IMG/VR virus record: IMGVR_UViG_3300044676_002656
Coordinates: 1 to 55,313 of that record
Direction: 5' to 3' (one strand)
Length of the DNA: 55,313 bases
Source: a virus
Taxonomy: Duplodnaviria > Caudoviricetes
The notes beneath the pieces are model-generated. The model had not been told where the DNA came from, ran no database searches, and worked only from the letters and a program-made list of their open reading frames with translations. Numbering within the stretch: the first letter of the stretch is position 1; each line of letters opens with the position of its first letter. Made by a program: the position numbers and the translations under genes. This document shows positions 26,700 through 36,133 of this stretch, piece by piece.

Positions 26700-26950
26700 A
26701 CAAGAGAGAGTACACCGATAGGGAGATATTTTTAATATATCTCTCCCTCTCTTTAGAGAGCATACCTACCATACCATCATACCACCCTTATAAATCAATG
26801 ACTTACGAAGTAGGTATAGTAGGCATGACGTAGGTATGACATATAGTGACCATACCTACCTACTTTCCCTATGTATTTCAAACACTTACCGACTTATCCA
26901 CAGGGGGTAGGTATGATTTCAGATTTTTCATTTCATACCTACCTAAGTGA
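26700..26950. other. Putative replication origin
   Basis: Non-coding. CATACCTAC/GTAGGTATG iterons in both orientations, IHF consensus 26793-26805, DnaA box 26894-26902, AT-cored inverted repeat 26721-26747. Confidence 0.6.
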
Positions 26951-26984
26951 CCACTAACCTCACCTATTTTGCCTAGAAAATCCA

Positions 26985-27173
26985 TTAACTTTCATCCCTA
27001 AGTGTTTTCCCATCGCCTGGGATAAGGTCACCCATCTCCTCCATCATCGCATCAAAACGCGCCTGCTTTTCTGACCGCAGGGTCGCCAATAGATCCTGCA
27101 GCTGTTCTGACCGCAGGGTCGCCAATGCATCCCGTAGCATCTCGGTTGTCACCTTCTTCTTCTCTTCACTCAT
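26985..27173 (-). CDS. Small protein with internal 12-aa duplication (start MSEEKKK)
   Basis: AAGGAG RBS; 22-bp repeat at 27069 and 27105 (LATLRSE twice). Confidence 0.6.
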   Translation of the reverse strand: MSEEKKKVTTEMLRDALATLRSEQLQDLLATLRSEKQARFDAMMEEMGDLIPGDGKTLRDES

Positions 27174-27303
27174 TGTGTTGCTCCTTCTTTCTGTTATGAT
27201 TCGTTCTGTCGCGGCATCCCTTAACCGTGACACATACCTTAGTTGCTTTGGGTATAACTACATCGGGGCTCTTTCCGGCGCCTCGGTGTAGTTTCTAAGC
27301 AAT

Positions 27304-28110
27304 CTAATCCCCGCAAAAACACGACATCGATTCCTCTTCTTCAAAGTCAAACAACTGTCCTTGATCGGACGCCATGATCTTAAGCTCCCTGTAAGACGGG
27401 TGCTGTCGCCGGAATACGTTACCGATCCTTTCCTCTTGCTCTATCCACCAGTCCGCCATGTCCGGCTGCTCCCTGATGATAGACAGCTTCCTTGATACAC
27501 TCTTGAAGAAGCACAGGTCACAGTTAGACAAGGGGCTCTCACCATTCTGAGACATCGGAAGCTCTAACTTGAATGATTGCTGGGACCAAAAGAAATCGAT
27601 GTCATGAAGCGTCACACCGGCATCTGCTAGTGGCAGAGCGTAGTTTTCTTTTGCTCGCTGTTTTGCCACCCGCCTCTGCTCGTCCGCCCTTATTCCAACC
27701 GCTGTTAAGAACGGATCATGACCCAGGGACTCCATGTACTTATTGATCGGCACTACCTTCAACTGCTCGGTGCATGCTCTGATCCTATCGTTAGGAATGA
27801 ACTTCTTCTGGGAGATTAGGTTGTGAAAAGGCTCGCCCTTCCTCGATGCCGTCTCGTAATCTACAACGATTCCGGCCTTCTTTTCCTTGATGAACTCGAG
27901 CCAAACAATAGGCACATCCCATTCCTTTGAGCACCTATCAACGAAATCAAGGGTCTGGGGCATCTCTTTACCCGTGTTAGAAAAGGCAACAACAACGTAC
28001 TCAGGAAGCTTCCCGCCATGCGCCTCAAGAACTTTGTAAAGCATGTATGCTGATGTACGCCCACCGCTAAAGCTTATGACCGCTGGCTCATCAATTAGGT
28101 ATGGGTTCAC
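27304..28110 (-). CDS. PAPS reductase-like protein (adenine nucleotide alpha-hydrolase superfamily)
   Basis: ISFSGGRTS PP-loop, NTGKE, CTEQLK, GIRADE, NCDLCF, C-terminal CFC. Confidence 0.82.
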   Translation of the reverse strand: MNPYLIDEPAVISFSGGRTSAYMLYKVLEAHGGKLPEYVVVAFSNTGKEMPQTLDFVDRCSKEWDVPIVWLEFIKEKKAGIVVDYETASRKGEPFHNLISQKKFIPNDRIRACTEQLKVVPINKYMESLGHDPFLTAVGIRADEQRRVAKQRAKENYALPLADAGVTLHDIDFFWSQQSFKLELPMSQNGESPLSNCDLCFFKSVSRKLSIIREQPDMADWWIEQEERIGNVFRRQHPSYRELKIMASDQGQLFDFEEEESMSCFCGD

Positions 28111-28313
28111 GAAAGCTCCTTCTCGATAAGTATCTGGGCATAGTGAATCACCTTCCGGAGATCATCGACCCCGCCCTTGCCACGCCACCTACTAATGTAC
28201 TTCACGATGTTCGCCTCACACCAATTCAAATTATTGGCGAGTATGTACTCGGTTGGTTGGATCATCATCAACTTATAATGATTTCCACCTATCTGATCGT
28301 CAAATGCGCTCAT
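28107..28313 (-). CDS. DUF3310 / T7 gp1.7-like protein
   Basis: QIGGNHYK...IQPTEYI...NIVKYISR...KGGVDDLRK...Y. Confidence 0.82.
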   Translation of the reverse strand: MSAFDDQIGGNHYKLMMIQPTEYILANNLNWCEANIVKYISRWRGKGGVDDLRKVIHYAQILIEKELS

Positions 28314-28447
28314 TACACCTCCTTCTCAATGTGATCGCTGATCCTCTGAAGCAGCACCATCATCCTGTCCACCTTCTCGACCATGTCATCGTACTTTCCC
28401 ATGACCTCCTCCACCTCCCGATCGTTTAAATCCAGACTAACTTTCAT
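28313..28447 (-). CDS. Small hypothetical protein (start MKVSLDLND)
   Basis: 44 aa; overlaps the prim-pol stop; TAATG coupled to the next gene. Confidence 0.55.
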   Translation of the reverse strand: MKVSLDLNDREVEEVMGKYDDMVEKVDRMMVLLQRISDHIEKEV

Positions 28448-30500
28448 CACCCGCTCCTTCCGCCTCGACTTCCCACGGCTTTGCCGCCGTGCTCGTACCA
28501 AGATAATGCCACATCGCCATGCCCGGTTCTGAATGGGTATGCACGATATGACTTAAGTGTTTCTGAACGTGAGTGACTGCACGCTGACAGGCATTCACGC
28601 CATTTGCTTTCTTGTGTCGCTTGAGGGCAGTCTTCGCCAAGAACTCCAGCTCTGCCCTCTTATAAAATTCGTTTTCTTTCATCGCCTTCATGACGATTCC
28701 CGCTATCTCTACCTCGTCTTCTGCTATCTCTTCATCACTCTTCTTGTTTGGTGTCCGAGTGAAGTCGCTGACCTCCCACAAACCATCATCGAAGTTGAAC
28801 AACGATATATGTTCCTGTGGATCTGCTGCGTTACGCGCCTCATAAAAGATATTGATGTTAGGTTTCTCGCCCATCAATTTGATCCCGCTGTCGAACCAAC
28901 CCGCGAACACCGACCCACCTCGAGCTGACAGGAAGGACCGGTCATCCGCCCTCTCTTTACCCGTATGGTGCGCGATGATTGTCGCCACGTTGTTCATCTC
29001 CATGAGCATATCAACCCGATCCAAAAGCTTTCTGATCTCGGTGTTGCTGTTCTCCTCACCATCAAAGAAGTTAATGATCGGATCAATCATCACGATGTCT
29101 GGGTTGTGGAACGCTACCTCATCACTGAACGCTTGGATGTCGCTATCCTTCATGAGATTCTTTCTGAGCCGTCCACTGATAATGAGGTTATCAAACCCCA
29201 TCTGCCGGACCTCATCGTTCGTTGAGAATCTTTGGTAGTACATCTCGACGCGCTGCTTCAAGAACTCTGCAATGATCTCAGCCTGAAACCACATCACCTT
29301 GAGCGGTTTTGTAAAAGGCTGACCCATGAAGTCAGTACCGGTCGTTGCACCTGCCGCGAACGCGCCAAGCCAGTTGGACTTACCGATCTTAGGCTTACCC
29401 AACAAGAGCACCCGACTGTTCTCGAAGATGAACTTATCACCCCAGTACTGCTCAATGGTATCGTCCTCCATGGACTGCCACTCAAAGCTACTGAAGGGTA
29501 CTAAACCAAGGGGTCCTGACTCTGGTTTTTGAGGGGTATCAATAGGATCTTCCTGCTCCTGGATCTCCTTTAGATCTTCGGTCAATCCTGTGTTCCACGT
29601 TGATGTGTTCCACTGGTTGATGCCGCTCTCAGCTAGGTCTGGGTTCCGCTTGATATGCCCTTGACATATAGACATAACTGTTTTGGTTGCTTCTACCAAG
29701 TCCATCGGCGGTGAACAGCTTTGATTCCAGTCCTGCGCCTTGATCAGAACTTCCCGAAGACCCCATCCTTCTTTGATCCACTTGCCGACCAACCGTGCGA
29801 GGGTGTCGTTGCGACTACCTTCGACCTTGGGATCCTCGGTGAGCTTCTCTCTGATGCTTGGGACTTCCCCAGTTTTGGGATCGACAGAGTTAAAGCCATG
29901 GATGTGTTGCAGGTCTACACCCGACAGCAATGGCAGATCATCGATTGATGTTACGCCATAGGACTGCTCACACTCTAAGCGATAACCTACGCTGGGCGCG
30001 ATCATCACATACCCGCCATCACCACGGACATCGATCTTATTCTTACCGACACTGTTTCGAATGTCATCGGGTCCGAGAGCGTAGAAGTAATGGGTGCCAC
30101 CTCGAGGCGTTATCTGTTTTAGCGGTGTGCGCGTAATGCCACCAGACTCTATCCATTTAACGGCTTCGTCACTGTCTGCATCGACAACGGCAAATGCTAT
30201 GCCGGTTATGACAGCCCAGTTTGCTTCAGGGTATTGTGAATGCCACTGCTTTATTTCTTCTTCGCTCGGTTGAATGGTTTGATAGTGCGTCCATTTAACT
30301 CGAGGTGTCTTCGCCCATTTTGCTTTAAGCGCATCAGCGGTATCGAAGGGATGCCGACTGCGAAAGTACTGCGGTACTGTTTCTTTTGGAGAACCACACG
30401 GTATGACATGAAAGCCAAGCTCCCACATTGCATGCAGCCAATCAGACTTATGATCAGGCTCTAGATTTTCTCCACAAAATTTCTGCTGGAAAAAATGCAT
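28437..30500 (-). CDS. Bifunctional primase-polymerase fused to a RepA/AAA_25 helicase
   Basis: Prim-pol motifs VVDAD, TPRGGTHYF, IDVRGDGGY; PriCT-like GSRNDTL; Walker A GKPKIGKS; IDPI; HHTGK; RGGS. Confidence 0.85.
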   Translation of the reverse strand: MHFFQQKFCGENLEPDHKSDWLHAMWELGFHVIPCGSPKETVPQYFRSRHPFDTADALKAKWAKTPRVKWTHYQTIQPSEEEIKQWHSQYPEANWAVITGIAFAVVDADSDEAVKWIESGGITRTPLKQITPRGGTHYFYALGPDDIRNSVGKNKIDVRGDGGYVMIAPSVGYRLECEQSYGVTSIDDLPLLSGVDLQHIHGFNSVDPKTGEVPSIREKLTEDPKVEGSRNDTLARLVGKWIKEGWGLREVLIKAQDWNQSCSPPMDLVEATKTVMSICQGHIKRNPDLAESGINQWNTSTWNTGLTEDLKEIQEQEDPIDTPQKPESGPLGLVPFSSFEWQSMEDDTIEQYWGDKFIFENSRVLLLGKPKIGKSNWLGAFAAGATTGTDFMGQPFTKPLKVMWFQAEIIAEFLKQRVEMYYQRFSTNDEVRQMGFDNLIISGRLRKNLMKDSDIQAFSDEVAFHNPDIVMIDPIINFFDGEENSNTEIRKLLDRVDMLMEMNNVATIIAHHTGKERADDRSFLSARGGSVFAGWFDSGIKLMGEKPNINIFYEARNAADPQEHISLFNFDDGLWEVSDFTRTPNKKSDEEIAEDEVEIAGIVMKAMKENEFYKRAELEFLAKTALKRHKKANGVNACQRAVTHVQKHLSHIVHTHSEPGMAMWHYLGTSTAAKPWEVEAEGAGDES

Positions 30501-30501
30501 A

Positions 30502-30735
30502 TCAATTCACCCTTGCTATTCGCCTCTTTGATCCGTCTTCCCGCGCCGATTCAATCTTGTAATCAATCGACTTCGCTGCTTGCCTGATTGATCTCAACTG
30601 CTGTAGCTTAGGATCGTTCGACTCATCTATGGTAAAAGAATCACCGACATCCAGCCGAAGCAGTATCTTCTGCCACCTACCTGGGCCACGGGTCTTGCGA
30701 CCTACGCCCACACCTTTTTCAATTACGATATCCAC
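30502..30735 (-). CDS. Small basic DNA-binding-like protein
   Basis: IEKGV...LDVGDSF...RIAR pattern; AAGGAG RBS. Confidence 0.6.
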   Translation of the reverse strand: MDIVIEKGVGVGRKTRGPGRWQKILLRLDVGDSFTIDESNDPKLQQLRSIRQAAKSIDYKIESAREDGSKRRIARVN

Positions 30736-30866
30736 TGTGCCACTCCTTGTTGTTTGTTCACCCGATCATACTCCAACACAAAAGAGATAACAACCTAGTA
30801 AAAAAGTGTTGCTTTTATCTTGTGGCTATGAGAAAGTTTGTTTCGAGAAGAGAGAAGGAGTGTGTA

Positions 30867-31277
30867 ATGCAGTACGAAGAAGTCGTAGGTCTGTTAATCG
30901 CTGCCAGAAAGGTAAAGGTGGAGATCGATAGTAAGATAAAGCGTTTAGAAAGAGAAGTACTAGAAACAAAATTTGCGAATGACGCTGTTCAGCCGATACG
31001 CAATCAGGGAGGTGAGCGCACCGTAGAAGGTGTGACTTTTGAGATCAAACGTACCTACGTTTGGGATCAAGAACTCTTAGCAGAAGCGTTAAAGATGTAC
31101 CCTTCTGTTGAGGATTGGCCCTCCTTTGTAACCCCCGTCAACGAAGTTAAAGTCAACCTGACTAAGTTTAAGCAGTTCTGTCTGGACCATGCAGACCATC
31201 CGCTTTTACCTAAGATTCATGGTGCGATGTCAGCTAAGTTTGGCGACCCTAAAATCAAAGCAATAAAGGAGGTATGA
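30867..31277 (+). CDS. Hypothetical protein (start MQYEEVV)
   Basis: AAGGAG RBS at 30855; first gene of the rightward replication operon. Confidence 0.65.
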   Translation: MQYEEVVGLLIAARKVKVEIDSKIKRLEREVLETKFANDAVQPIRNQGGERTVEGVTFEIKRTYVWDQELLAEALKMYPSVEDWPSFVTPVNEVKVNLTKFKQFCLDHADHPLLPKIHGAMSAKFGDPKIKAIKEV

Positions 31278-31278
31278 C

Positions 31279-32040
31279 ATGTCGTTACTACAGCAAGTAA
31301 CTACGGCACGGGAAGTGATTCCCGACGAACCATTGCCGCCGGTCAGGATTAATATCCAAGGCACGGATGGTATTGGTAAGAGCACGTTCGGAGCAGGAGC
31401 CCCCAACGTAATCTTTATACAGGCAGAGGATGGCCTGAACTTCATCGAGGGTGTGGCAAGGTTTCCGCTTGCCAATGAGTGGAGCGATATCATTAGCCAG
31501 ATCGCAACGTTGGCCAATGAAGATCACTCTTATAAGTCATTGGTGCTCGACACCACGGATGCCGCAGCCCTTAAGACTGAGGCCCATGTGTGTGAAAAGA
31601 ATGGCTGGGATAGCATTGACGCGCCTGGATTTGGCAAAGGTTATACCGCTGTCCGAGAACAGTGGGTCAAACTGCTAGATGGTTTAAACTTTTTGCATCG
31701 GCACAAGGCAATGAACATCATTCTCTTGAGCCATGTTGCGATCAAGCCATTTAACGATGCGGTTCATGAGTCTTATGACCGGTGGGAAATGAAGTGCAAC
31801 AAGAATGTTAACGCACTCATTAAAGACTGGGTGGACTTTAACCTTTTTGCAAACTATCAGACGGAAACGATCAAGGATGGTAGCAAAACACGCGGTGTTT
31901 CATACGGTAAGCGAGCCTTGCATACGCAATTCGCCGCCGCATTCGATGCCAAATCAAGAGTAGCACTACCGCCTAAGATTGATCTTAGCTGGAATGCATT
32001 CGTCACTAGCTATGCAGATGCCCTGCAAGCTTCATCTTAA
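31279..32040 (+). CDS. Sak4-like AAA_24 ATPase (single-strand annealing recombinase)
   Basis: GTDGIGKST Walker A, EDG, LVLDT, GFGKGY, LLSH, DAKSR; adjacent to SSB. Confidence 0.78.
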   Translation: MSLLQQVTTAREVIPDEPLPPVRINIQGTDGIGKSTFGAGAPNVIFIQAEDGLNFIEGVARFPLANEWSDIISQIATLANEDHSYKSLVLDTTDAAALKTEAHVCEKNGWDSIDAPGFGKGYTAVREQWVKLLDGLNFLHRHKAMNIILLSHVAIKPFNDAVHESYDRWEMKCNKNVNALIKDWVDFNLFANYQTETIKDGSKTRGVSYGKRALHTQFAAAFDAKSRVALPPKIDLSWNAFVTSYADALQASS

Positions 32041-32056
32041 TAAGTAGGAGATTCCA

Positions 32057-32551
32057 ATGGGAATATTAGATCAAGGTATTGACTGGAGCGCAGTCGAAGT
32101 AGGCGGTGGGATGACGGACAACGGTCCTGTCCCCCCAGGTGAGTACACCGTTGAGGCGGTCAAGTACGAGGAGAAGACCTCGAAGGCAGGTAATGTTTTC
32201 CTTGCGTTTGAGTTCAAAATCCTCGGGCCAAGCCATGCAAACATGCGCTTGTGGGAGAACTTTGTCATCACTGGCAGTTCAAATGTCGGCAAGGCTCGGC
32301 TTAAAAGCTTCGTTTCCTCTGCCGGTGGCGATGTGAATCAGGTTCTCGGGTCCGCCCTTGTGAACTCTGTTATGAACACGCCGGTCAATGTTGTGACTGA
32401 CATTGAGCAGTCTAAGAATCCAGAGTATCCGGATCCCAAGGCTCGCATTAAGAGCTTCTTGCCAGCCAAGGCAGCACAGGCACAGCCTGCACAACCCGCA
32501 GCACAACCTGTTGCACAACCAGCAGTCCAGACTTCGAACTGGTCAGCGTAA
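32057..32551 (+). CDS. ssb: DUF669-like single-stranded DNA-binding protein
   Basis: PVPPGEY...KTSKAGN...EFKI...LWENF; QPA-rich tail. Confidence 0.72.
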   Translation: MGILDQGIDWSAVEVGGGMTDNGPVPPGEYTVEAVKYEEKTSKAGNVFLAFEFKILGPSHANMRLWENFVITGSSNVGKARLKSFVSSAGGDVNQVLGSALVNSVMNTPVNVVTDIEQSKNPEYPDPKARIKSFLPAKAAQAQPAQPAAQPVAQPAVQTSNWSA

Positions 32552-32765
32552 GAAATTCACCCTGAAAAGGGTGAAAAGGGTGAAAAGTATTTGAGAAGGC
32601 TTGACCCGACAAAACTTTTCAAAAGACTGCGGCTGCTTGAAGTAGATAGGTGATTTGGGTTTAAGACATGCCCTCTTGGGGTCACCTCGAAACTAAAAAC
32701 AGCTTGCTTGAGCTGGCCTGATCCACCAGTAGTCGCAACGGATCATCCCTTATTAGGAGAGATAT
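32552..32765 (+). ncRNA. Candidate structured intergenic RNA
   Basis: Five consecutive predicted stems, including a GAAA-capped 8-bp hairpin, in a 214-bp gap. Confidence 0.4.
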
Positions 32766-33029
32766 ATGGACGAGATAGACCAGATAGAAATAACCTTTAG
32801 CAATGAGGAGATGGAAGCTGTTTATGAGAATCTAAAGTATTGGCTTAGGGCCATGGTCGAAAAAGACTACACCTTAGAAGCTATATCAGAAGTCATGAGC
32901 ACTTACTCACTCATACACGCATACACATTCGCTGATCATGAGAGCGTTGATAAATCGATTCAAAGTATTAAAGAGAAGGTTTCAGTCAACTTACTTAACA
33001 GCGTCACAGGAGAAGGAATAGTTCACTAA
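32766..33029 (+). CDS. Hypothetical protein
   Basis: 87 aa; AGGAG RBS; TAATG coupled to the helicase. Confidence 0.7.
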   Translation: MDEIDQIEITFSNEEMEAVYENLKYWLRAMVEKDYTLEAISEVMSTYSLIHAYTFADHESVDKSIQSIKEKVSVNLLNSVTGEGIVH

Positions 33030-34711
33030 TGGAACTCAGAAACTACCAGAAAAAAGCTTTAGACAAAGCTCTCTGTTGGTTAGATAAGAAGATTACAAAC
33101 CCACTCATCGTGCTCCCTACCGGAGCTGGTAAGACCGTTGTATTCACTACGCTAATCCAAGAGCTTTACAATCGGAATCCCTCTAGCAGATTCTTAATCA
33201 TTGCTCACCGGCAAGAACTCATATCACAAGCGGAAGAAAAGCTTCTAGCAGTTTGGCCGAATGCACCCTGCGGTGTGCTCGCTGCAAGCTTAAAAAGATT
33301 TGATAACACCGCGCCAATCATAATTGCCAGCCGAGATACACTGGCCTCTAGGACAAGGCTTGATAAATCATTGCCGGTTGACTATATCATCATCGATGAG
33401 GCCCACCATGTAGGCCCAGACTTGGATAGTAGATACCGGAAGATCATCAATCACTTCGAAGAGATCGGGTGTCCAAAGATCTTGGGTGTAACCGCTACGC
33501 CATACCGGATGGGACAAGGCTACATCTATGGGAAAAAGGATCACTTCTTTGAGGGCATTGCCCACTCAGTGACCATCCCTGAACTCATCAAGGATAAGTA
33601 CTTGTGCCGGTTGTCAGCGTTTGCTGTAGCCAAGGAAGCTGTCATTGATGCGAGCAAGGCTAGGCTTAAGTTTAAGGGCGGTGATTATCGTGAGTCAGAT
33701 CTAGAAGAGCTGGCCATCTCCGATAAGACTATTTATAACATCATTCAAGACTGGCTTGAGAAGGCTTATCTCAAAGGCAGAACCAGCACTGTATTCTTTT
33801 GTGTGACCGTTCTTCATGCTCAAAAGATGTGCATGTTTCTAAGACGCTCTGGTATCAGGGCTGCGTTTGTGACAGGTGAAACGCCCAAGGCTGAAAGGCA
33901 AAGTATTCTTGACAGCTTTGAGCGGGGAGATATTAACGCGCTTTGTAATGTCGCGGTCTTGACGGAAGGTTGGGATGCGCCAAGGACTGATTGCATTGCG
34001 ATCCTACGTCCGACCAAGTCGCTCGGGCTCTATGTCCAGATATGTGGCAGGGGTATGCGTACCTGGCCTGACAAAGAAGATTGCTTGCTTCTAGACTACG
34101 GCGGCAACATGGAACGGCATGGTTGCATTGACACTGCAACACCAAAAAGATCAGCAACAATAGAGGGAAATGCGATTTGGATCTGCAATGAATGCTTTAG
34201 TGTCAATGACATTGAGTACAGCCATTGCATTGCGTGTGATGCGGCCAAGCCTGTCGCAGAAGAACTTCTCGAATTAGATTTAATGGTTGGGGCTAAACCA
34301 GGGCCAGGTGGTCCGCCAGACTTGGTTGAAACAGACGAATCTGTTGAAGGGTATGTCCTTTCAGATGAGATCCCTGAATCAGCAAAGTCTGTTTACAGAA
34401 CAGACACAGTGACTTCGGTCCTCGCCAAGAAGAAGATCTCAAAGAATGGTAATGCTTATCTTAGCGTTGACTTCGCATGTCAGGGTGCTTACTGGCCTCA
34501 GTCAACCGCGCTCATGGTGGGTATGTACGGTAAGGCCGGTGAGATGGCAGCTATGAAGTGGAAGATCATGTCGAACCAAAACATTTATGTCCCAAGGGAT
34601 ATAGATGAAGCTGTTAGGCTAATCAATGAAGGGGGCGCCTTCGACGAAGTGCGCGAAATAAACTTAAAGAAAGAGGGGAAATACTGGAATGTTATCGGCA
34701 TCAATATTTAA
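33029..34711 (+). CDS. SF2 DEAH helicase (RadD/YejH-like)
   Basis: LRNYQ, PTGAGKT, DEAH, TATP, LTEGWD, QICGRGMR, Zn ribbon CNEC...CIAC. Confidence 0.9.
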   Translation: MELRNYQKKALDKALCWLDKKITNPLIVLPTGAGKTVVFTTLIQELYNRNPSSRFLIIAHRQELISQAEEKLLAVWPNAPCGVLAASLKRFDNTAPIIIASRDTLASRTRLDKSLPVDYIIIDEAHHVGPDLDSRYRKIINHFEEIGCPKILGVTATPYRMGQGYIYGKKDHFFEGIAHSVTIPELIKDKYLCRLSAFAVAKEAVIDASKARLKFKGGDYRESDLEELAISDKTIYNIIQDWLEKAYLKGRTSTVFFCVTVLHAQKMCMFLRRSGIRAAFVTGETPKAERQSILDSFERGDINALCNVAVLTEGWDAPRTDCIAILRPTKSLGLYVQICGRGMRTWPDKEDCLLLDYGGNMERHGCIDTATPKRSATIEGNAIWICNECFSVNDIEYSHCIACDAAKPVAEELLELDLMVGAKPGPGGPPDLVETDESVEGYVLSDEIPESAKSVYRTDTVTSVLAKKKISKNGNAYLSVDFACQGAYWPQSTALMVGMYGKAGEMAAMKWKIMSNQNIYVPRDIDEAVRLINEGGAFDEVREINLKKEGKYWNVIGINI

Positions 34712-35777
34712 CAGGATAGATGAAGTTATCTCAGAGCAGAACGACAGGAACCGTGGACACATGGGGTTCAGTGGTATTGGCGATGATGATGAGAGAAAGA
34801 TTTGGCTCAACTTTCATTGGTGCTTAAGCTCCAGCTTTGACGGCAGAATGCTTAGGCTCTTTGATCTGGGCAATCGGATCGAGGATCAAGTCGTTGACTA
34901 CATCAAGAGCACCAATGTCATTGGCGTTTCTCCGGTTGACAAAGATGGCAAGCAGTATCGAGCAAGCGCTCTTGGCGGACACTTCTCTGGTTCCTGCGAT
35001 GGGTTTGTCAGAAAGGTTTTGCCAGAAGCGATGGAAGAAGTTCTGCTGCTTGAGGTCAAGAGCGCCAACGACAAACGGTTTAAGGAGCTGTGCAAGCTGG
35101 CCGACTATCAGGGATGGAGTAAGACATATCAGTGGCAGATTCACGCTTACATGGGGATCTTTGGTGTCAAGAAGACGCTTGCTGTGGTGGTCAACAAAAA
35201 CAACAGCGAGATCTACTCTGAGATCATTGACTACAACCCTGAGATCTGGGATCAGGCACAGGAGAAAGCCAAGCGGATCATCGCTAGTGACGCGCCAGGT
35301 GATGGCATGAACGAAAAGGATTGGCGATTGAAGAATGAATCGTCGGTGTATCGAGATGTCTATCTTGGCAAGCGACTACCAGCGTCCGTTAACTGCCGGA
35401 ACTGTAAGAGTTCTAAGGCGATCACGGAGTCCAATGGAGCCGTCTGGCGATGCTTTAGGTTTGGCAAGAACCTTACACTCGATGAGCAAAGGAACGGCTG
35501 TAAGGACCACCTATGGATGCCTGCTCTGGTTCCTGCGGACCATCTGCCAGAGAAGAGCACTGAGGATAAGATCGCTTATCAATCAGGAATAGTTGTGTTC
35601 TTTAATACGGTATCTAAAGGGCTTGACAAACAGTCATTTAGCAGTCCCGAATTGCGAGAACTGTCGAAGGCTAACTTCGATCCTGATCTAATGATGGGAC
35701 CTAATCACATTCGGGAGAACTTTGATGCTGAGTTCGTAGCTGTGCATGTGATGGATGAGGATCAGATACCGTTCTAG
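34689..35777 (+). CDS. Cas4-like PD-(D/E)XK exonuclease
   Basis: SGSCDG...LLEVKS...QIHAYM, CRNC...C...C cluster; ends DEDQIPF. Confidence 0.75.
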   Translation: MLSASIFNRIDEVISEQNDRNRGHMGFSGIGDDDERKIWLNFHWCLSSSFDGRMLRLFDLGNRIEDQVVDYIKSTNVIGVSPVDKDGKQYRASALGGHFSGSCDGFVRKVLPEAMEEVLLLEVKSANDKRFKELCKLADYQGWSKTYQWQIHAYMGIFGVKKTLAVVVNKNNSEIYSEIIDYNPEIWDQAQEKAKRIIASDAPGDGMNEKDWRLKNESSVYRDVYLGKRLPASVNCRNCKSSKAITESNGAVWRCFRFGKNLTLDEQRNGCKDHLWMPALVPADHLPEKSTEDKIAYQSGIVVFFNTVSKGLDKQSFSSPELRELSKANFDPDLMMGPNHIRENFDAEFVAVHVMDEDQIPF

Positions 35778-36129
35778 CTGGCCATTCTCTTGGGTCTTTA
35801 ATGATGTGAACAATGACGCCGGGGTGGAGTGCTTCGACCAGTTTCTTTTTTAGCGAGAAGATCTGGGTCACGATGCCCTTGGTGTCTTCCACGACATACT
35901 GGTCCTTGCACCAGTACCTAAAGTCTGCGATGTACTTGCAGATCTTCTTGCCTTCGACCACGCAATCATAAGGAACCTGGACTTCGACCTGTTCGATCTC
36001 GCCATCTTCCTCTTTGCCTTTCAGGATCTTGTATCTTGCAGCTTCAAGCTTTGAGTCAAACTTGATGCCATCGTACTCTACCTTCTGAGCAAAGTACTTT
36101 CCGGTCTTCTTTTTACGTTGTGGTAACAA
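35701..36129 (-). CDS. DUF1064-like endonuclease
   Basis: DGIKFDSKLEAARY...YIADFRY...VVEDTKG...LKKKL. Confidence 0.8.
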   Translation of the reverse strand: MLPQRKKKTGKYFAQKVEYDGIKFDSKLEAARYKILKGKEEDGEIEQVEVQVPYDCVVEGKKICKYIADFRYWCKDQYVVEDTKGIVTQIFSLKKKLVEALHPGVIVHIIKDPREWPARTVSDPHPSHAQLRTQHQSSPECD

Positions 36130-36133
36130 TAGA

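Noticed and set aside
32630-32745. Hammerhead ribozyme or tRNA in the post-ssb gap
   Set aside because: CGAAAC is present but there is no CUGANGA core in the right position, and no T-loop or cloverleaf.
25581-36129. Lysogeny module or family A/B DNA polymerase
   Set aside because: No integrase, repressor pair or polymerase motifs recognised beyond the prim-pol domain.
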